Assembly: GCA_951406725.2 (NCBI GenBank)
Contig: OX597822.1
Coordinates: forward strand, 23,312,001 to 23,376,000
Length of the DNA stretch: 64,000 nucleotides
From: Octopus vulgaris
Lineage: Eukaryota
Direction: 5' to 3'
Position numbers and translations under genes: made by a program. Every line of letters begins with the position of its first letter. Within the stretch, counting starts at the first letter, position 1. Below are positions 41,326 to 54,739 of this stretch, piece after piece. Under the pieces are notes generated by a model. The model had not been told where the DNA came from and did no database searches. It saw only the letters and a list, made by a program, of their open reading frames with translations.

Positions 41326-42136
41326 ACTTCTTCCACAAAGCAGAGGAACCATGGTGTAATCCACCATGGTGTGGTAAACTTTCAGACCCTAGTCTAGATT
41401 GCGAATCCTCTGTACCCCAGGATGGTTCAGCTCTCCACCCGTTAAAAAGCCACCATTTATGGAATGAGGATATAACAACGTAGCTTTCGCGCCCGTGCAA
41501 CCGTCAGTCTATCGTGTGTGGTGGGTGGATCTTCAAGTTGCCGCACGCATTCTTAGTAGCTTAGAGCAGGCTCGAATTAGAGATTATTCTTTGTGGCTAA
41601 TGGCGTGAGTCCTGATTGGAAGAAGACAACAGCCACATTCCGGCCTAGCTGAAACGATTTTCATTATTCTCCGTAATATATTTTTAGCAAATGCTCAAAT
41701 AACAAAGTGAATAACAACATTTTGTGTAAGTTTCGTGAAATTTCTATTTCGGACCGTTAAGTAAATACCTTCAAACAGTGGTGTAACGTGGGTTTTGGTC
41801 ACCCACTTCTTTAAATGTAGCATACCTTCAACCCTCCACCCCACCCGATTCTCCATCAAAGTGGCCGTTCTTTGCGGTCTGCACACCCCGCACATCCCAC
41901 TGTTCAATACTGCTTACAAATGAAAACACAACACGCAGACGGCTTTTGTATTTTGTGCATTCATCTAACACAGCTGCTTGTTAATAAATAATGCAACATT
42001 TTCCCCACTGTTAAGACGGTCAAACAGCAGCTCGTGAGCCGCAAGCACCTTTCAACGTTATCATGTGCTGCTCACGAAATAATATTATGCGTAAGTGATT
42101 TTTATTCTAAAACAGCTTTAATATCCTGCCAATCGA

Positions 42137-42530
42137 AGGTGGCGAGCTAGCAGAACCGTTATCACACCGGGCGAAATGCTTAGTGGTATTTCGTCTGCCG
42201 TTACGTTCTGAGTTCAAATTCTGCCGAGGTCTACTTTGCCTTTCATCCTTTCGGGGGTCGATAAATTAAGTACCAGTTACGCACTGGGGTCGATGTAATC
42301 GACTTAATCCGTTTGTCTGTCCTTGTTTGTCTACTCTATGTTTAACCCCTTGTGGGTAGTAAAGAAATAGGTATTTCTTCCGGCTTTACGTTATGAATTC
42401 AAATTCGGCAGAGGTCGATTTTGCCTTTACAGAGTCGATAAAATTATGACTAGTTAAGGCACTGTGAACGATGTAATCCAGTAACACACCCTCCCAAAAT
42501 TTCAGGCCTTGTCATACCTGTAGTAGTAAA
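42137..42530 (+). mobile_element. SINE family B dimer
   Basis: Full unit followed by a second, degenerate core. Confidence 0.85.
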
Positions 42531-43105
42531 AGATTCTACCTACAGGATTTCAAAGTTATTAACTTCAAAAATTAAGACGCAGTAAAAGCATTTAGCGCAA
42601 AGGTAAGAAAATATATTCTTGTAGAATTACATTGCGGTATATTTTCTTATTTATAAAAGCTGCAGCAAAAAGTTGGCTGAGAACCAAAGTTCTCAGATTT
42701 TCCCTCTCTCGAATCACGGCCTGACATATTTCCATAAAAAGGAAAAGAGTCGCCATGAAAGGTAATAACGTCTACTCAAATATGATTTGACCAATCAGTA
42801 CTAACTGATCTAGTTATGGCTGAGGCGACAACATCATAGGAAATGTGCAAGTTTTCCCGCCAAAACGGATTCTAGAACCTTCTGGAGCGGAAGTTATCTA
42901 AGGGCGAGCTAATTCAAATTGAAGCTAATTCAAATTAAAGGTCTTTGTAAAGAGCTTCCCCCACCTCACCGTATGGTAGTCTAATATCTGACTTATGTTT
43001 CTCTCCCATTCTATGCCTTTATTAGTAGTGTCAATCAACGAATATTTATTATATGCTGAGATTCATATGTCTTGTACGATTTCCACAATATTAATTTATT
43101 ATATT

Positions 43106-43322
43106 AAGGCGGCAAGCTGGCATAATCGTTAGCATGCTGGCAAACTGTCCAGCAGCGGTTCATCCGTCTTTACGTTCTGAGTTCAAACTCTGCCGAGGGT
43201 TGACTACCTTTTATCCATTCGAGATCGGTAAAATAAGTACCAGTTGAGCATTGGAGTCAATGTAATCTACTTTATGCCACCTCCGAAAATTACTGACCTA
43301 GTGCCAAAATTTGAAACCAATA
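43106..43322 (+). mobile_element. SINE family B
   Basis: aaggcggcaagctggcataatcgttagc head, diverged core. Confidence 0.8.
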
Positions 43323-43572
43323 ATAATTTAGTAGATGTACATCTGTAAACTCAGCAAGGCAGGTAAATATAACATTTGGAAACTTTGACGAAGCTTCGTA
43401 GTTATTTTCAAAACAAGGTTTCCCTGATATTGAAGGCTATTAAAGAAGAATACAGGGTCACAAACCGCATTAAAATTCTATATTGCAGCTTTTTTACGTA
43501 ACAAAAACATCGCATGCGTCTCTCCTTATTGAACAACCCGTTCGTTCTCAGTTCTATGTCTTCTATATTCTT

Positions 43573-43784
43573 GTTTTATCTTGTTTCAGTCATTTGACTG
43601 CAGCCGTGCTAGAGCACAGCCTTATATATATACGACGAGCTTCTTTCAGTTTCCGTCTACCAAATCCACTCACAAAGCTTTGGTCAGCCTGAGGTTATAG
43701 TAGAAGACACTTGCCCAAAGTGAGACTGAACCCGGAACCATGTGGTTGGTAAGCAAGCTACTTACCGCACAGCTGCTCCTGCGC
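43573..43784 (-). mobile_element. Internally deleted SINE family A
   Basis: Tail end joined directly to the head half. Confidence 0.8.
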
Positions 43785-44314
43785 TTATGTTTGAGTTTAC
43801 AGGATGTGTTATCTTTAAAAAAATTGCTTTTCGCTGATGCAAGGGATTTTGGCAGCCACAGGTTTAGTTGCGTTTCATTGAACTGAAAATATTCGCTGTA
43901 AAGATTTTATTTTTATATTACAAGACACACAAGACACACTTAGCATTGTTGTTTAAATACCATCGTGGCGGGAGAATTGAAAAAAAAAATCGCTATATTG
44001 GTATTCATTATAATGGAAGGATATTTTCCCTTTGAACGGTAGATCGAGAAATTAATCTTTTGTAACTAAACACTTTCAATCTTCAGACACTGGTAGAATG
44101 TGTCATATAAAACATCTTTTATTCTTAGCGTTTTTGAGAAAAGTTTATATTTACGAAGTTATTTCGTGTTAAAGTTGTCGTATTTCGGTAATTTCAACGA
44201 ATCAATGACGTGTATTCAGCTGAATAAAATTAGTGCCGTTGTTTGTCAACAACAACTATCGGCGGTGTATATTCTGTATATATGATGATGTTAGTCTCTC
44301 GTAGTCCGAGAAAT

Positions 44315-44583
44315 ACGGTTCTACTGCAATTTCTTGTTGAACAACCTGGACAAATGATTTGTTTATAGTGATCAAATGTAAGTTTTGTACATTAGCCTAC
44401 TCCCTCCATTATGTTGGCTTTGTCTGTACAGGGACACGGTGTACTACATATCAGGTATCAAGGTGATCGCAGAGCAACATGAGATGAAGTGCTTTGCTCA
44501 GGAACATAATACCACTCGCTCCAGGAAATGAAACCACGATCCAGCGATTGTAGCACCCTAACCGCTAGGCCACGCGCCCTCAC
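44315..44583 (-). mobile_element. Diverged tRNA-derived SINE (family C-like)
   Basis: gaagtgctttgctcaggaaca...ccctaaccgctaggccacgcgccctc. Confidence 0.7.
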
Positions 44584-44911
44584 ACTTTGTATATATACAT
44601 ATATGTATACACATCTAAAAAAATACATATCTTTCTACCTATCTGTCACTCAGTCCCTCTCTACTTATCTAATTATTTTCCATCGATAGAATAAGTACTA
44701 GGCTTAGAAAGAATTAAGTCCTGGGGTAGATTTCTTCGACCAAAGGCAGTGCCTCAGCATGGCCGTAGTCAAATGACTGAAACACATAAAAGAAATAAAA
44801 GAAAGACAGACAGACTGAGAGATAGACAAAATAGACAGAGAGGGGGACTGAGTGACAGATAGGTGGAAATACATAACAAAATGAATAGAAATCTGTGCAT
44901 GAGTATATATA

Positions 44912-45042
44912 TTTTAATCGGTAGAAGTTACCAAATGACTCAAGGGCTGAGAGTTTCGTGCATAACGCCTATCCAAGTGCCATGAACGAAATTCTCAGCG
45001 CTTGAGTAACTCTTGTAAATCCTGCCGATGGAAAATAATTAA
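44912..45042. repeat. Foldback hairpin repeat, relative of 23221-23373
   Basis: actcaagggctgagagtttcg / cgaaattctcagcgcttgagt, outer atcggtag / ctgccgat. Confidence 0.75.
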
Positions 45043-45074
45043 AGATGGCCTGGCCCCAATACTGGACGAAATCA

Positions 45075-45508
45075 GGATCTTTTCGGTTTCAACGGCAGTT
45101 TTTTCTAGCGGTGTCATATGAAATTGTCACCCATAATTATGACCCTAGTATCGATCTATTGCATTTCAATCTGTTTTAGGGTTAGGGTTAGTTAGGGTTA
45201 AGGTTAAGGGTGGGGGGAAGGGTATCTTTTTTTCTTCACAAATGTAAATAAACCCAATCTGTTTCTTAAACGAGGGACATATTCATACGGCACAGAATGT
45301 TTTTACCTCAATAGACGTCAGTGATTGGTTGAAATTGCAGAAATTGAAGAAAAAAACAACAACAAATATCTTACAAACTATAGAATTTTCTCAATAAAGC
45401 CAAGAGAAAAAGATGTTTTATAAACACATTCTACCAGTATACGAAGTTTAAAATTTTCTAGTTACCTAGAAATTATGTTAAAAACTGCCGTTTAAACCGA
45501 AAAGATTC
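45075..45508 (+). mobile_element. MULE-like MITE with internal TTAGGG repeats
   Basis: Closely similar to 15887-16313; TSD not recognisable. Confidence 0.85.
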
Positions 45509-46122
45509 AAGTATCTAAGTAAAGATGTATTCATACATCGAACACGAATCGAGTTCATTTCCCGCCAAATCGCTCAATGTATCTATTTATATACAGCCAT
45601 ATTATGTAGCGACTTGTTGCGGTATCAGTCTGAATGTAACTATTACACATTAATATCTATAAGTCACTGTAACCATAAATAGGACAGGAGTTTCCTGACT
45701 CTAAGACATTATTTCCCACCCAAATTTCTGCCATTAGAATGTTACCAATCCAAACTGTATTTCTGAAGTATGGATGTTGCCCAGCTCATTAATTTTTTTT
45801 TGTTTTTGTTTTCTAAGAGCTCTATTTTTGAATGATTGTATACAGTATATTGTTTGATCATGTTAACCGTTTTAATATCTTATAATATCTTATAGGCTTA
45901 TAAAAGTTGTAGCTTCTCAATGTTATTATCTTCACCGCCGCCCCCGCTACCGTTACCCACTACCGCCGAATGGTCCGAATAATTCGGTCTTTCAAGCTTT
46001 CGTTATTGCGATGTTTAGATTCATTTTAATTGGGCCTTCTCGCGTTCAAGCTAATGATGCAAACACTAACTGGAGCAGCTCTCGTTACGTAATAGCTCTC
46101 GTAGATTAAACTCGTAACGTAC

Positions 46123-46283
46123 CAGTATCTACGATACGGAAACAAAGACACTTGAAACCGAAACTCTCACTTTTGCGCAAGTGTTGACAAAACATGATTG
46201 CTTCAAACCGTACTGGATGCTTTTGTGTGTTCTGTTGATTTGCTGGAAAAAGCAGCCAATTCTTCCTCAAGTGTCGCAGTCGT
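46123..46283 (-). other. Candidate exon (161 nt)
   Basis: Acceptor tcttatttaag, donor CTG|gtacgt; unique sequence with one open frame (RLRHLRKNWLLFP...FRIVDT). Confidence 0.25.
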
Positions 46284-46400
46284 CTTAAATAAGAGCAAAT
46301 ATGTTGGATAATGTGCTTTAGATCATGAAGAAAAATTACATAGGGGTTGTTCATGGCTGGAACGCTTTTGGTCATAGATATGAAATAGATAAATATATTA

Positions 46401-46565
46401 GGCGCAGCAGTGGTTGTGTAGTAAGTAGCTTGCTTACCAGCCACATAGTTCCGGGTTCCGTCCCACTGCGTAGCATCTTGGGCAAGTGTCTTCTGCAATA
46501 GCCTCGGGCCGATTAAAGCCTTGTGAGTGGATTTGGTAGACAGAAACTGAAAGAAGCCTGTCGTA

Positions 46566-46610
<45 letters not shown>

Positions 46611-46815
46611 GTTTGTGTGTCTGTGTTTGTCCCTCCACCATCGCTTGACAACCGATGTTTGTGTTTACGTCCCCATAACTCAGCGGTTCGGCAAAAAGAC
46701 ACCTATAGAATAAGTACCAGGCTTACAAAGAATTAAGTCCTGGGGTCGATTTCTTCGACTAATGGCAGTGCTCCAGCATGGCCGCAGTCAAATGACTGAA
46801 ACAAATAAAAGAAAG
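46401..46815 (+). mobile_element. SINE family A
   Basis: Complete head, (TA)n linker and tail. Confidence 0.9.
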
Positions 46816-46963
46816 ACAGACAGACAGACCGAGGGATAGACAAATAGACAGAGAGAGGGACATGAGTGACAGATAGGCAGAAATATAAATAGACAGGGAG
46901 ACAGATATAGATGACAGATAGAGATGCAGAGGTAGATAGAGAGATGGAAAGGATGAAAATTAA

Positions 46964-47038
<75 letters not shown>

Positions 47039-47192
47039 GAGAGAGAGAAAAGCTGATATATACATGTGTGTATGTATGAGTGTATGCCTCAGTGGGTGAG
47101 TGCGTAATATCTGTGTGTGTGTATGTGTGTGTGTGTGTTGTTATATAAATATATAAATACACACATATACACACATATTTAATGTCTCTGTG

Positions 47193-47228
<36 letters not shown>

Positions 47229-47359
47229 CATTGTGTGTGTGTATTGTGTGTACGTGTATGTGTGTGTGTGTGTGTATGTATAAATAGATAGATGTACACA
47301 CGTATGCAGTCATTGCCATACACGTACAAAAACAAAAGAGGGACAGGGAAATAGAGAGC

Positions 47360-48200
47360 ATGCGTATATGTATGTATATAAGTATGTATGTATATGTGTG
47401 TATGTATGTATGCATGTACGTATGTGTACATTCATATATGTATATATGTATGCATACATGGATGTATGTATGAATGTATGCATGTATGTGTATACATGTA
47501 TGTATGTACGTATGTATGCTTGTGCGTTTGCATATGTATGTATGTGTATGTGTATGTGTGTATGCATGCATGTTTATATATGTATATTCATATATGTATA
47601 TATGTATGCATACATAGATGTATGTATGAATGCATGCACGTATGCATGTATGTGTATACATATATATATACGTACGTATGTATGCTTGTACGTATGCATA
47701 TGTATGTGTGTGTGTATGTATGTATGCATGCATGTATGTATGTATGCATACACGGATGTATGTATGAATATATGCACGTATGCATACGTATGTATATGTG
47801 TATACATATATGTATATGTACGTATGTATGTTTGTACGCATGCATATGTATGTAGGTACGTCTGTATGAATGTTTGTCTGCATGTATGTATTGTTGTAGG
47901 TATGTATGTGTGTATTCCTGTCTGTATGAATGTGTGCATGCATGCATATATGTGTATGCATATATTATATGTACGTATGTATGCATATGTATGTAGATAC
48001 GTCTGTATGAATGTTTATCTGCATGTATGTATGTATGTATGTACGTGTGTATGTATGAATATATTCATACCTGCATGCTTGCACATACATATCTATCCAT
48101 ATCCGTCTATCCGTCTGCTTGTCTGTCAATCTGCTTGTTTGTCTGTTTGCTTGTCTGTGTGTATATACATATGTATGCATATATGTGTATTTATATACAT
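47360..48200. repeat. Degenerate (TATG/TG)n low-complexity region
   Basis: Alternating purine-pyrimidine sequence that produces the long YVCM/HTYI ORFs. Confidence 0.9.
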
Positions 48201-48577
48201 GGATTAATAACTGAACAGAACAGAGTATATCTGATACTGATAATGAATATTGGAATTCCCCCCCCCAAAAAAAATAATAAAAAAATAACATAAAATGAAG
48301 ACATAGATATCGTTAATTGAATATTGTAACAATGACTGTTAAGGAAACGCAGAAGCCTTTGAAATTTAAAAGTTTGGTAAGAATTTGAAAACCTCTTCTC
48401 ATGAATGAAGAGTTTGGAAAATATAGGACACAGGAATTTACTAAAGAAATTAGATTATATAAAGAATGAAAGCATCATAACTATACAATTCTATTTGTAA
48501 TTCCTAGCCAACAAAAAGATTTCGCAAACCGTAGGAACAAAACAAGAACGGTTAGAGGGGTCGTGAGCCGAAGAATA

Positions 48578-48766
48578 TGTGATGGGGCGCAGAAAAGTTC
48601 CTGAAAATAAAAGGAGGATCAGTAAATTATGATTGTTTTCGACATATTCCCCTCTCAAATTCACATACTTATTGCTGCGGCCCTTCAGTTTTTCTAGGCC
48701 CTGTAAAAGAATTCAAAAGGTTGGGCCTCGAAGCAAGCCCTTCGCGATATCCTTAAAATCCCCTCG
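48578..48766 (-). mobile_element. Degenerate mariner MITE
   Basis: Reverse complement of the internal sequence of 40860-41075; gaaaagttcctg at one end, ccctcgta at the other. Confidence 0.7.
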
Positions 48767-48875
48767 TATATTCTTTATTCAAAGCAAATGATTGAGCTTA
48801 CGCTTGTTGGCAATAGCAACCATCATCAATCAAAAGCACCTCTAGTAATGCAAATATTATTGCTTGCAAATAAGC

Positions 48876-49103
48876 AATTCTTTTATTCTTTCATTTGTTT
48901 CAGTCATTTGACTGCGGCTATGCTGGAGCACTGCCTTTAGTCAAAGAAAATCGACCCCAGAGCTTATTCTTTGTAAGCCAAGTACTTATCCTATCGGACT
49001 CTTTTTTGCCGAACCGCTAGATTACAGGGACGTAAACACGAACAGCGGTTGTCAAGCGATGTTGGGGGGTGGGGGTGAAAACACAGACACACAAACATAT
49101 ACT

Positions 49104-49166
<63 letters not shown>

Positions 49167-49324
49167 GACGGGTTTCTTTCAGTTTCCGTCTACCAAATCC
49201 ACTCACAAGGCTTTGGTCGGCCCGAGGTTATAGTAGAAGACACTTGCCCACGGTGCCACGCAGTGGGACTGAACTCGAAACCATGCGGTTGGGAAGCAAG
49301 CTTCTTACGATACAGCCACTCCTG
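48876..49324 (-). mobile_element. SINE family A
   Basis: Complete set of family blocks. Confidence 0.9.
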
Positions 49325-49453
49325 TATATGTTTTGTTTATATGCAAAACATGCTGCGGGATAGCATCCAGGGAAGGCTCTCTACACGACGCCGAGTGTTA
49401 AAAAACACCGAAAATCACTGACCACACGAGATAGCTCACCTCGGATGCTGAGA

Positions 49454-49501
49454 ATGGTAGATATCCCACATTTCGCTATTATTATGGCTTATCAATACCA
49501 T
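49454..49501 (-). ncRNA. Type I hammerhead ribozyme-like motif, U3-A8 variant with full stem III
   Basis: Minus strand: atggta-TTGATAA-gccat(aata)atagc-GAAA-tgt(ggg)ata-T-C-taccat; 6-bp stem I, AUC triplet. Confidence 0.8.
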
Positions 49502-49814
49502 GTATTGCAATTATCTCGAAACGATGTGAATCGCTGGTCTGTGACCTTGTGTATACAAATACAGTGAAGTTTATTTGTCTATTTGCTCATGTGCTGCAAC
49601 ATATAAACAAATTTGGCGTATCAACAAAACACGAACATGAAGTGTATGTCACCAATAATGGTTATATTACTAGAGGTGCTTTTAATACGGAATTTAGTTC
49701 TCTTTCACATGAGCTACACCACGGCACATCAGCAAATAGACTTCACTCTGTTTGCTTTCTATTTGTAACGGTAAGGCCACCATCAGAAATTTTGCAAAAC
49801 GAACAAATATTGGT

Positions 49815-50587
49815 TTGAGGCCTCCAGGGTCGGGGCAGGTTTTCTCTGACGTCAAAGGAACTGACTATGTGTGTGTGTGTGTGTGTTTCTCTTTCTGAGG
49901 GAAAGGGAGGAGCAGCACTCGTCTGATATTCATGTGTTCTTCCTTCTCTCTCTAGACCCACGGACAGGTCCTTTGCAGCAGGTCAGATCCAGCCACTACG
50001 TGGAAAAAGTCGACGCTTTGGTATATTCTTCTCGTCTTGATACAGCATTCACCCGGGATGGGTTGAGCTGGCTTCATTCATCCTCAATGCTGCATTTCTC
50101 ACAAACGCCGACCAGGCCTGGCGATTTGAGGCTAACGACCGCGTGATATCCAACCAATCCCTATTCCAGCGGCGAACGCCGTAGACATGGTTAGGTTCCA
50201 GATCAGCCTTGACTGTCATCAGCCATGTTTTTCGTTGTCCACCACATCGCTATCGCCAACCCTGAAGGGGAACTGGGGCAATTGCTTCGTAGATGAATTT
50301 TCCTGGTTGACGACGGAGGGCATGACCCAGCCAACTCAGACGTCTCGTTAGGATGACTTGTCGGAGGGAGGTGATTCTGCACTGGTGTCGCACCGAATTG
50401 TTGGAGACAAAGTGTCGTCATCGGACACGAAGGATGCAGCCGTAGACAGAGGTGATCGAAGGATTCTAGTCGCTTAATATCTTCCACCCTCATCGGCCAA
50501 GACTCGCTGCCGTAAAGGAGAATTGTTCGCACTAGTGCTTGGTAGATCCGTACTTTGGTGGTGCGTCGGATCTCAGATCTTAACCAG
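49815..50587 (-). mobile_element. RTE-clade LINE 3' fragment
   Basis: TTKVRIYQALVRTILLYGSESWPMRVEDIKRLESFDHLCLR, then RRLSWLGH in another frame, followed by a probable 3' UTR. Confidence 0.88.
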
Positions 50588-51045
50588 AGTTGTGCATTGA
50601 GTCAGTTGAAGGCTTGGCGACGCTTTGGTATATCATAAACGGATATATTATAAGGTCAGTACAGTTACTCCCACACACAAAGATTAAGCAAATCCAAATT
50701 TTAAAAATTTTGACTATTTCTGTGTTAGTCGTTGGAGACTTCCGAGGAAAGAGTAAAAAAAGGCGTTCTTTCATTCGACATTCCAGACAATGTATTCCTT
50801 TCATTCATTTAGTAATTTCAGCAAATGAATGAGACACATCAAAGCCGCGGCAGCGTATTCAAGAGTAGAGTTTTCCTCTTTTTCATCTTGGTCGCCAATC
50901 AAGTCTGTTGAGATACAAATGTAACTTCCTTTTGAAATAGATTTGCAAAAGCTTCTTAACTAGCATCGTAGGAGATGTACGGTTATTTTCAAAGTATTTC
51001 TTTTTTATAAAAATGAGTCTTCCATGCTACAAAACACATACTCAC

Positions 51046-51099
<54 letters not shown>

Positions 51100-51100
<1 letters not shown>

Positions 51101-51910
51101 GACTTAGAGCTTTCGAAGGCAATTTCATTGACATTTTTTGTTTCTTGGTTCAATTTCCACCGATCAATCTTTTTAAGGTTGCAAATAATGTCGCTATCGT
51201 TGTCCTGTAGTCTTGCCTTTATTCTGTCGTAGATTGCCTTTTGCCTATCTGTCATGTCACCATTAGTTTTATTGTCTTCTTCCAAACCATCTATGTCTCT
51301 CATCGAGAAAGCTATCACTGTTCCTTTCCTGTGGTTTATTAGAGATTTCACCTCTGTTTTCTGCTATGATATTACTTTTATCAGTAGGAACTGTATTTTC
51401 ATCGTTTCCTCTGCTGCTGTTTTTCAGTAACCGTCTTTTGATAGCTTCGAACTCTACTTCTGTGAACCAACGATTTTTTCTTATTGCTCTAGCTTAATCA
51501 CATAATCTCTGCTCCGTGAGTTGAAAAAATCCTTTCTCTCCATTGATCATACATACGTTGTCGATATCCCTTAAGATGAACACCATTTTCGTCTACGGCG
51601 TTGCTCAGGTAGTAACACTCCATGACCACAGCATTAACTTGTTTGTTCAATCTACGCCATGTGTGCTAGTCCCTTGCTGGATAACGACAGGCTGGAGTCG
51701 CCACAATATCTCTGAGCCTGCCGGGTACAACACTGTGTCATCATCAAGGGCTTCAGTTTCATTACCGCCGTTATTCAAAATATTTTGTTTTTCATTGTTA
51801 CTCATATGAGGTAGCGATTATCAGGTTGCGCAATCACCAGTGTTTTTATTGTGACACCATCACTAGATGTATCATCAGTCAGAGCATAGAGATTCCAACC
51901 GCTTCCTTTC
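51100..51910 (-). mobile_element. R4/Dong-clade LINE 5' fragment (5' UTR and ORF N-terminus) next to (TAA)n
   Basis: VMECYYLS...GYRQRMYDQWRE...TEQRLCD*ARAIRKNRWFTEVEFEAIK, typical of R4/Dong N-termini. Confidence 0.75.
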
Positions 51911-51928
51911 ATTATTATTATTATTATA

Positions 51929-52004
<76 letters not shown>

Positions 52005-52009
<5 letters not shown>

Positions 52010-52385
52010 TAGTTTTATTTTTATAGCGTGCTTTCACTTCACTACCGAGCGCAGCTCTGTGTGCCTTGGGTATGTGCTGTGATTTGTTGTGATGCTCTGA
52101 TGGTTATTGTATGGAAAGTGTTCTGCGGAGGATGTGTGCAGTGCCTAGTAGTGCAATTTTCTGTATGTTATATGTTTGTAAGTCCTGGTGTTTTTGTTAT
52201 GTATTTGTCTGAATATTTTTTTATCATGCCTAATGCACCTACTATGATAGGAATTGTTTCTGTTTTCAGGTTCCACATTCTAGTTACCTCTATTTCCAGG
52301 TCTTTGTATTTTGAGAGTTTCTCCATTTCTTTTAGAGACACGTTGTCATCTGCCGGCGTTGATACATCAATTAGAAAGCATTTTT
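52005..52385 (-). mobile_element. R4/Dong-clade LINE 3' fragment flanked by (TAA)n
   Basis: LIDVSTPADDNVSLKEMEKLSKYKDLEIEVTRMWNLKTETIPIIVGALGMIKK. Confidence 0.88.
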
Positions 52386-52396
52386 TTTTTTTTTAA

Positions 52397-52488
<92 letters not shown>

Positions 52489-53338
52489 CATCATCATCAT
52501 CACTGATATTATTTTCACTTTTTTTTACTATTTGTCATTGTTAATATTTCATCTGATCCGTCATGAGTTTTGGCGAAATTATTATTATTATTATCATTAT
52601 TATTATTATCACTATTATTACCATCATTATTATTATTTCCGTTTATAATGAAAAGGTATTATTAAATGTTACCCCACCCAACAAGTGACACAGACAGATT
52701 GTATGTACCAAGTAAAAGAGGGCGAAGAAGAGTGATGGGTTGTGGACACAGCTTTAAAGCAGAAGAAAACAACATAGCATGGTATGTAAAAAATGCCACA
52801 GGCTTACTGCTATTATTGGAAGCAAGACGATCGGACTTGTGTAGGATGGAAGATTGCAAAGTCAAAGCACTGTACAAGGACTTGAAAATGAATGAAACTG
52901 AAAATAGGTGGATAAAAAAGATGCATGGACAATTTCATAGAAATGTTGAAGATAAGACTGATAGAGAAAAAAGATGGCTATGAATGACTAAAATTGATTT
53001 AAAACTGGAATTAGAGGTTGTAATCTGTGCTGCCCAAGAGCAAGCATTAAGAACCAATTACATCAACTACAGACTAGACAGCACATCAGAAAGTGATAAA
53101 TGCAGAATTTGTGGACAAAATAGTGAAACCGTATGGCATATTACCTGTCAATGTACGTCACTAGCCCAGAAAGAATATAGGAGACGTCATGACAATATAG
53201 CAAAGCTTGTCCAGTGGACACTTTGCAACAAGTATGGACCTGACAGAGCAAGAAAATGGTACGAACATAAACTCGAAGGCATCATCGAAAATGAGAATGC
53301 AAAGATCCTATGGGATTTTATGATTCAGTGCAACCATG

Positions 53339-53701
53339 GGATCTTTTCTTTTTGAAAGCCAGATTTTCCTAGTTAACTAAACAATTTGAAATTTCGTATA
53401 CTGGTAGAATGTGTCAAAAGAAAACATAATTGTAAACCAAAATGAAAACGGAATTGTAATTTCTAAGTTTAACGTTGTTTAAAGATTCGAATTATAACCA
53501 ATGATATTCTTTCTTTCGGCCTCATATTATTTACTGCTTCTCAAAATATTGTTACTGTGACGTAAACAGCTATTTTGTGACGTAGTTAACGTAAACATGT
53601 AAATAGCTAAAATGTAAACATCTCCGCTTATCGTAAACTTCGTGGAGTATATATAAAATTTGTGTAGATCCTAAATAGCTACACACACATGTATACAAAC
53701 A

Positions 53702-53762
<61 letters not shown>

Positions 53763-54009
53763 GAGAGTTAAAAAAGGTGGAGTTGCGCCCCTAGACGGTC
53801 TGTGGTTTGGGTTTCTGATTCTCGACCCCATGTCGAATTTATCGATTTTTTTCAGAACTGGGGGAACTTTTCAAAATTTTCGCTGCGTTAGTTTTGAATT
53901 ATGACATTGGGCTATGTGTGTGTCAAGTTTCATCAGAATCGGTTGAAAGCCGTGGTCAGAGTGAGGGTACGAGAAAACAGACACACAGAAAACGCACAGA
54001 CAAACTGCC

Positions 54010-54061
<52 letters not shown>

Positions 54062-54739
54062 CTATACACACATATTCTAATGCATATGCATATATGTGTA
54101 TATATTTATAATGTGTGTGTATTATAGATGCATACATTATATATATATATAAAAGATGTTTACATACAATATATATATATATGTTATATACATCTACATG
54201 TATATGTATATGTATGAATATATAAGTACCACAGATTTTGAATCAAACTGTTTTGATCCATACACACACACACACCAACACTACCATCCATGAGACATCC
54301 TAACATAATCAATGCTACTACTACTATCATCATCATTATCATCATCATCCACTGCCGCCGCCACCACCACCACCACCACCTCTACAAAAACACCAACACT
54401 ATAATTGCTGCCATCATACACATCCACTGTCACCACTACCAACACTGCCATGATAACCACATCTACCACAGCTGTTTGCTTACTGCTTACCCACTCACAA
54501 AATAGCTATCTATGTCACATTAACACTATGCAGCTAATAATTTCAAATGAAAACAGACAATACGATTGGTTAAAATTCGCAGATTTAAACTACGTTTAAA
54601 CTTATAAAATACATTTTTGTCAAAAAAACTAGTTGAAATTATTGTTTTCTTTTGACACATTCTACCAGTATACGAAGTTTCAAATTATTTAGTTAACTAG
54701 AAAAATCTGAAAAATCTGGCTTTCAAAAAGAAAAGATCC
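53339..54739. mobile_element. MULE-like non-autonomous element with long TIRs and perfect 8-bp TSD
   Basis: ggatcttttctttttgaaagccagatttt / aaaatctggctttcaaaaagaaaagatcc; caaccatg at 53331-53338 and 54740-54747; TIR body shares tatactggtagaatgtgt with the TTAGGG MITE. Confidence 0.9.
53762..54020 (+). mobile_element. Non-autonomous Helitron-like 3' segment
   Basis: caagtttcatcagaatcggttgaaagccgtgg...acagacacacaga...tttatatata layout typical of Lep1/HINE-like rolling-circle elements. Confidence 0.55.
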
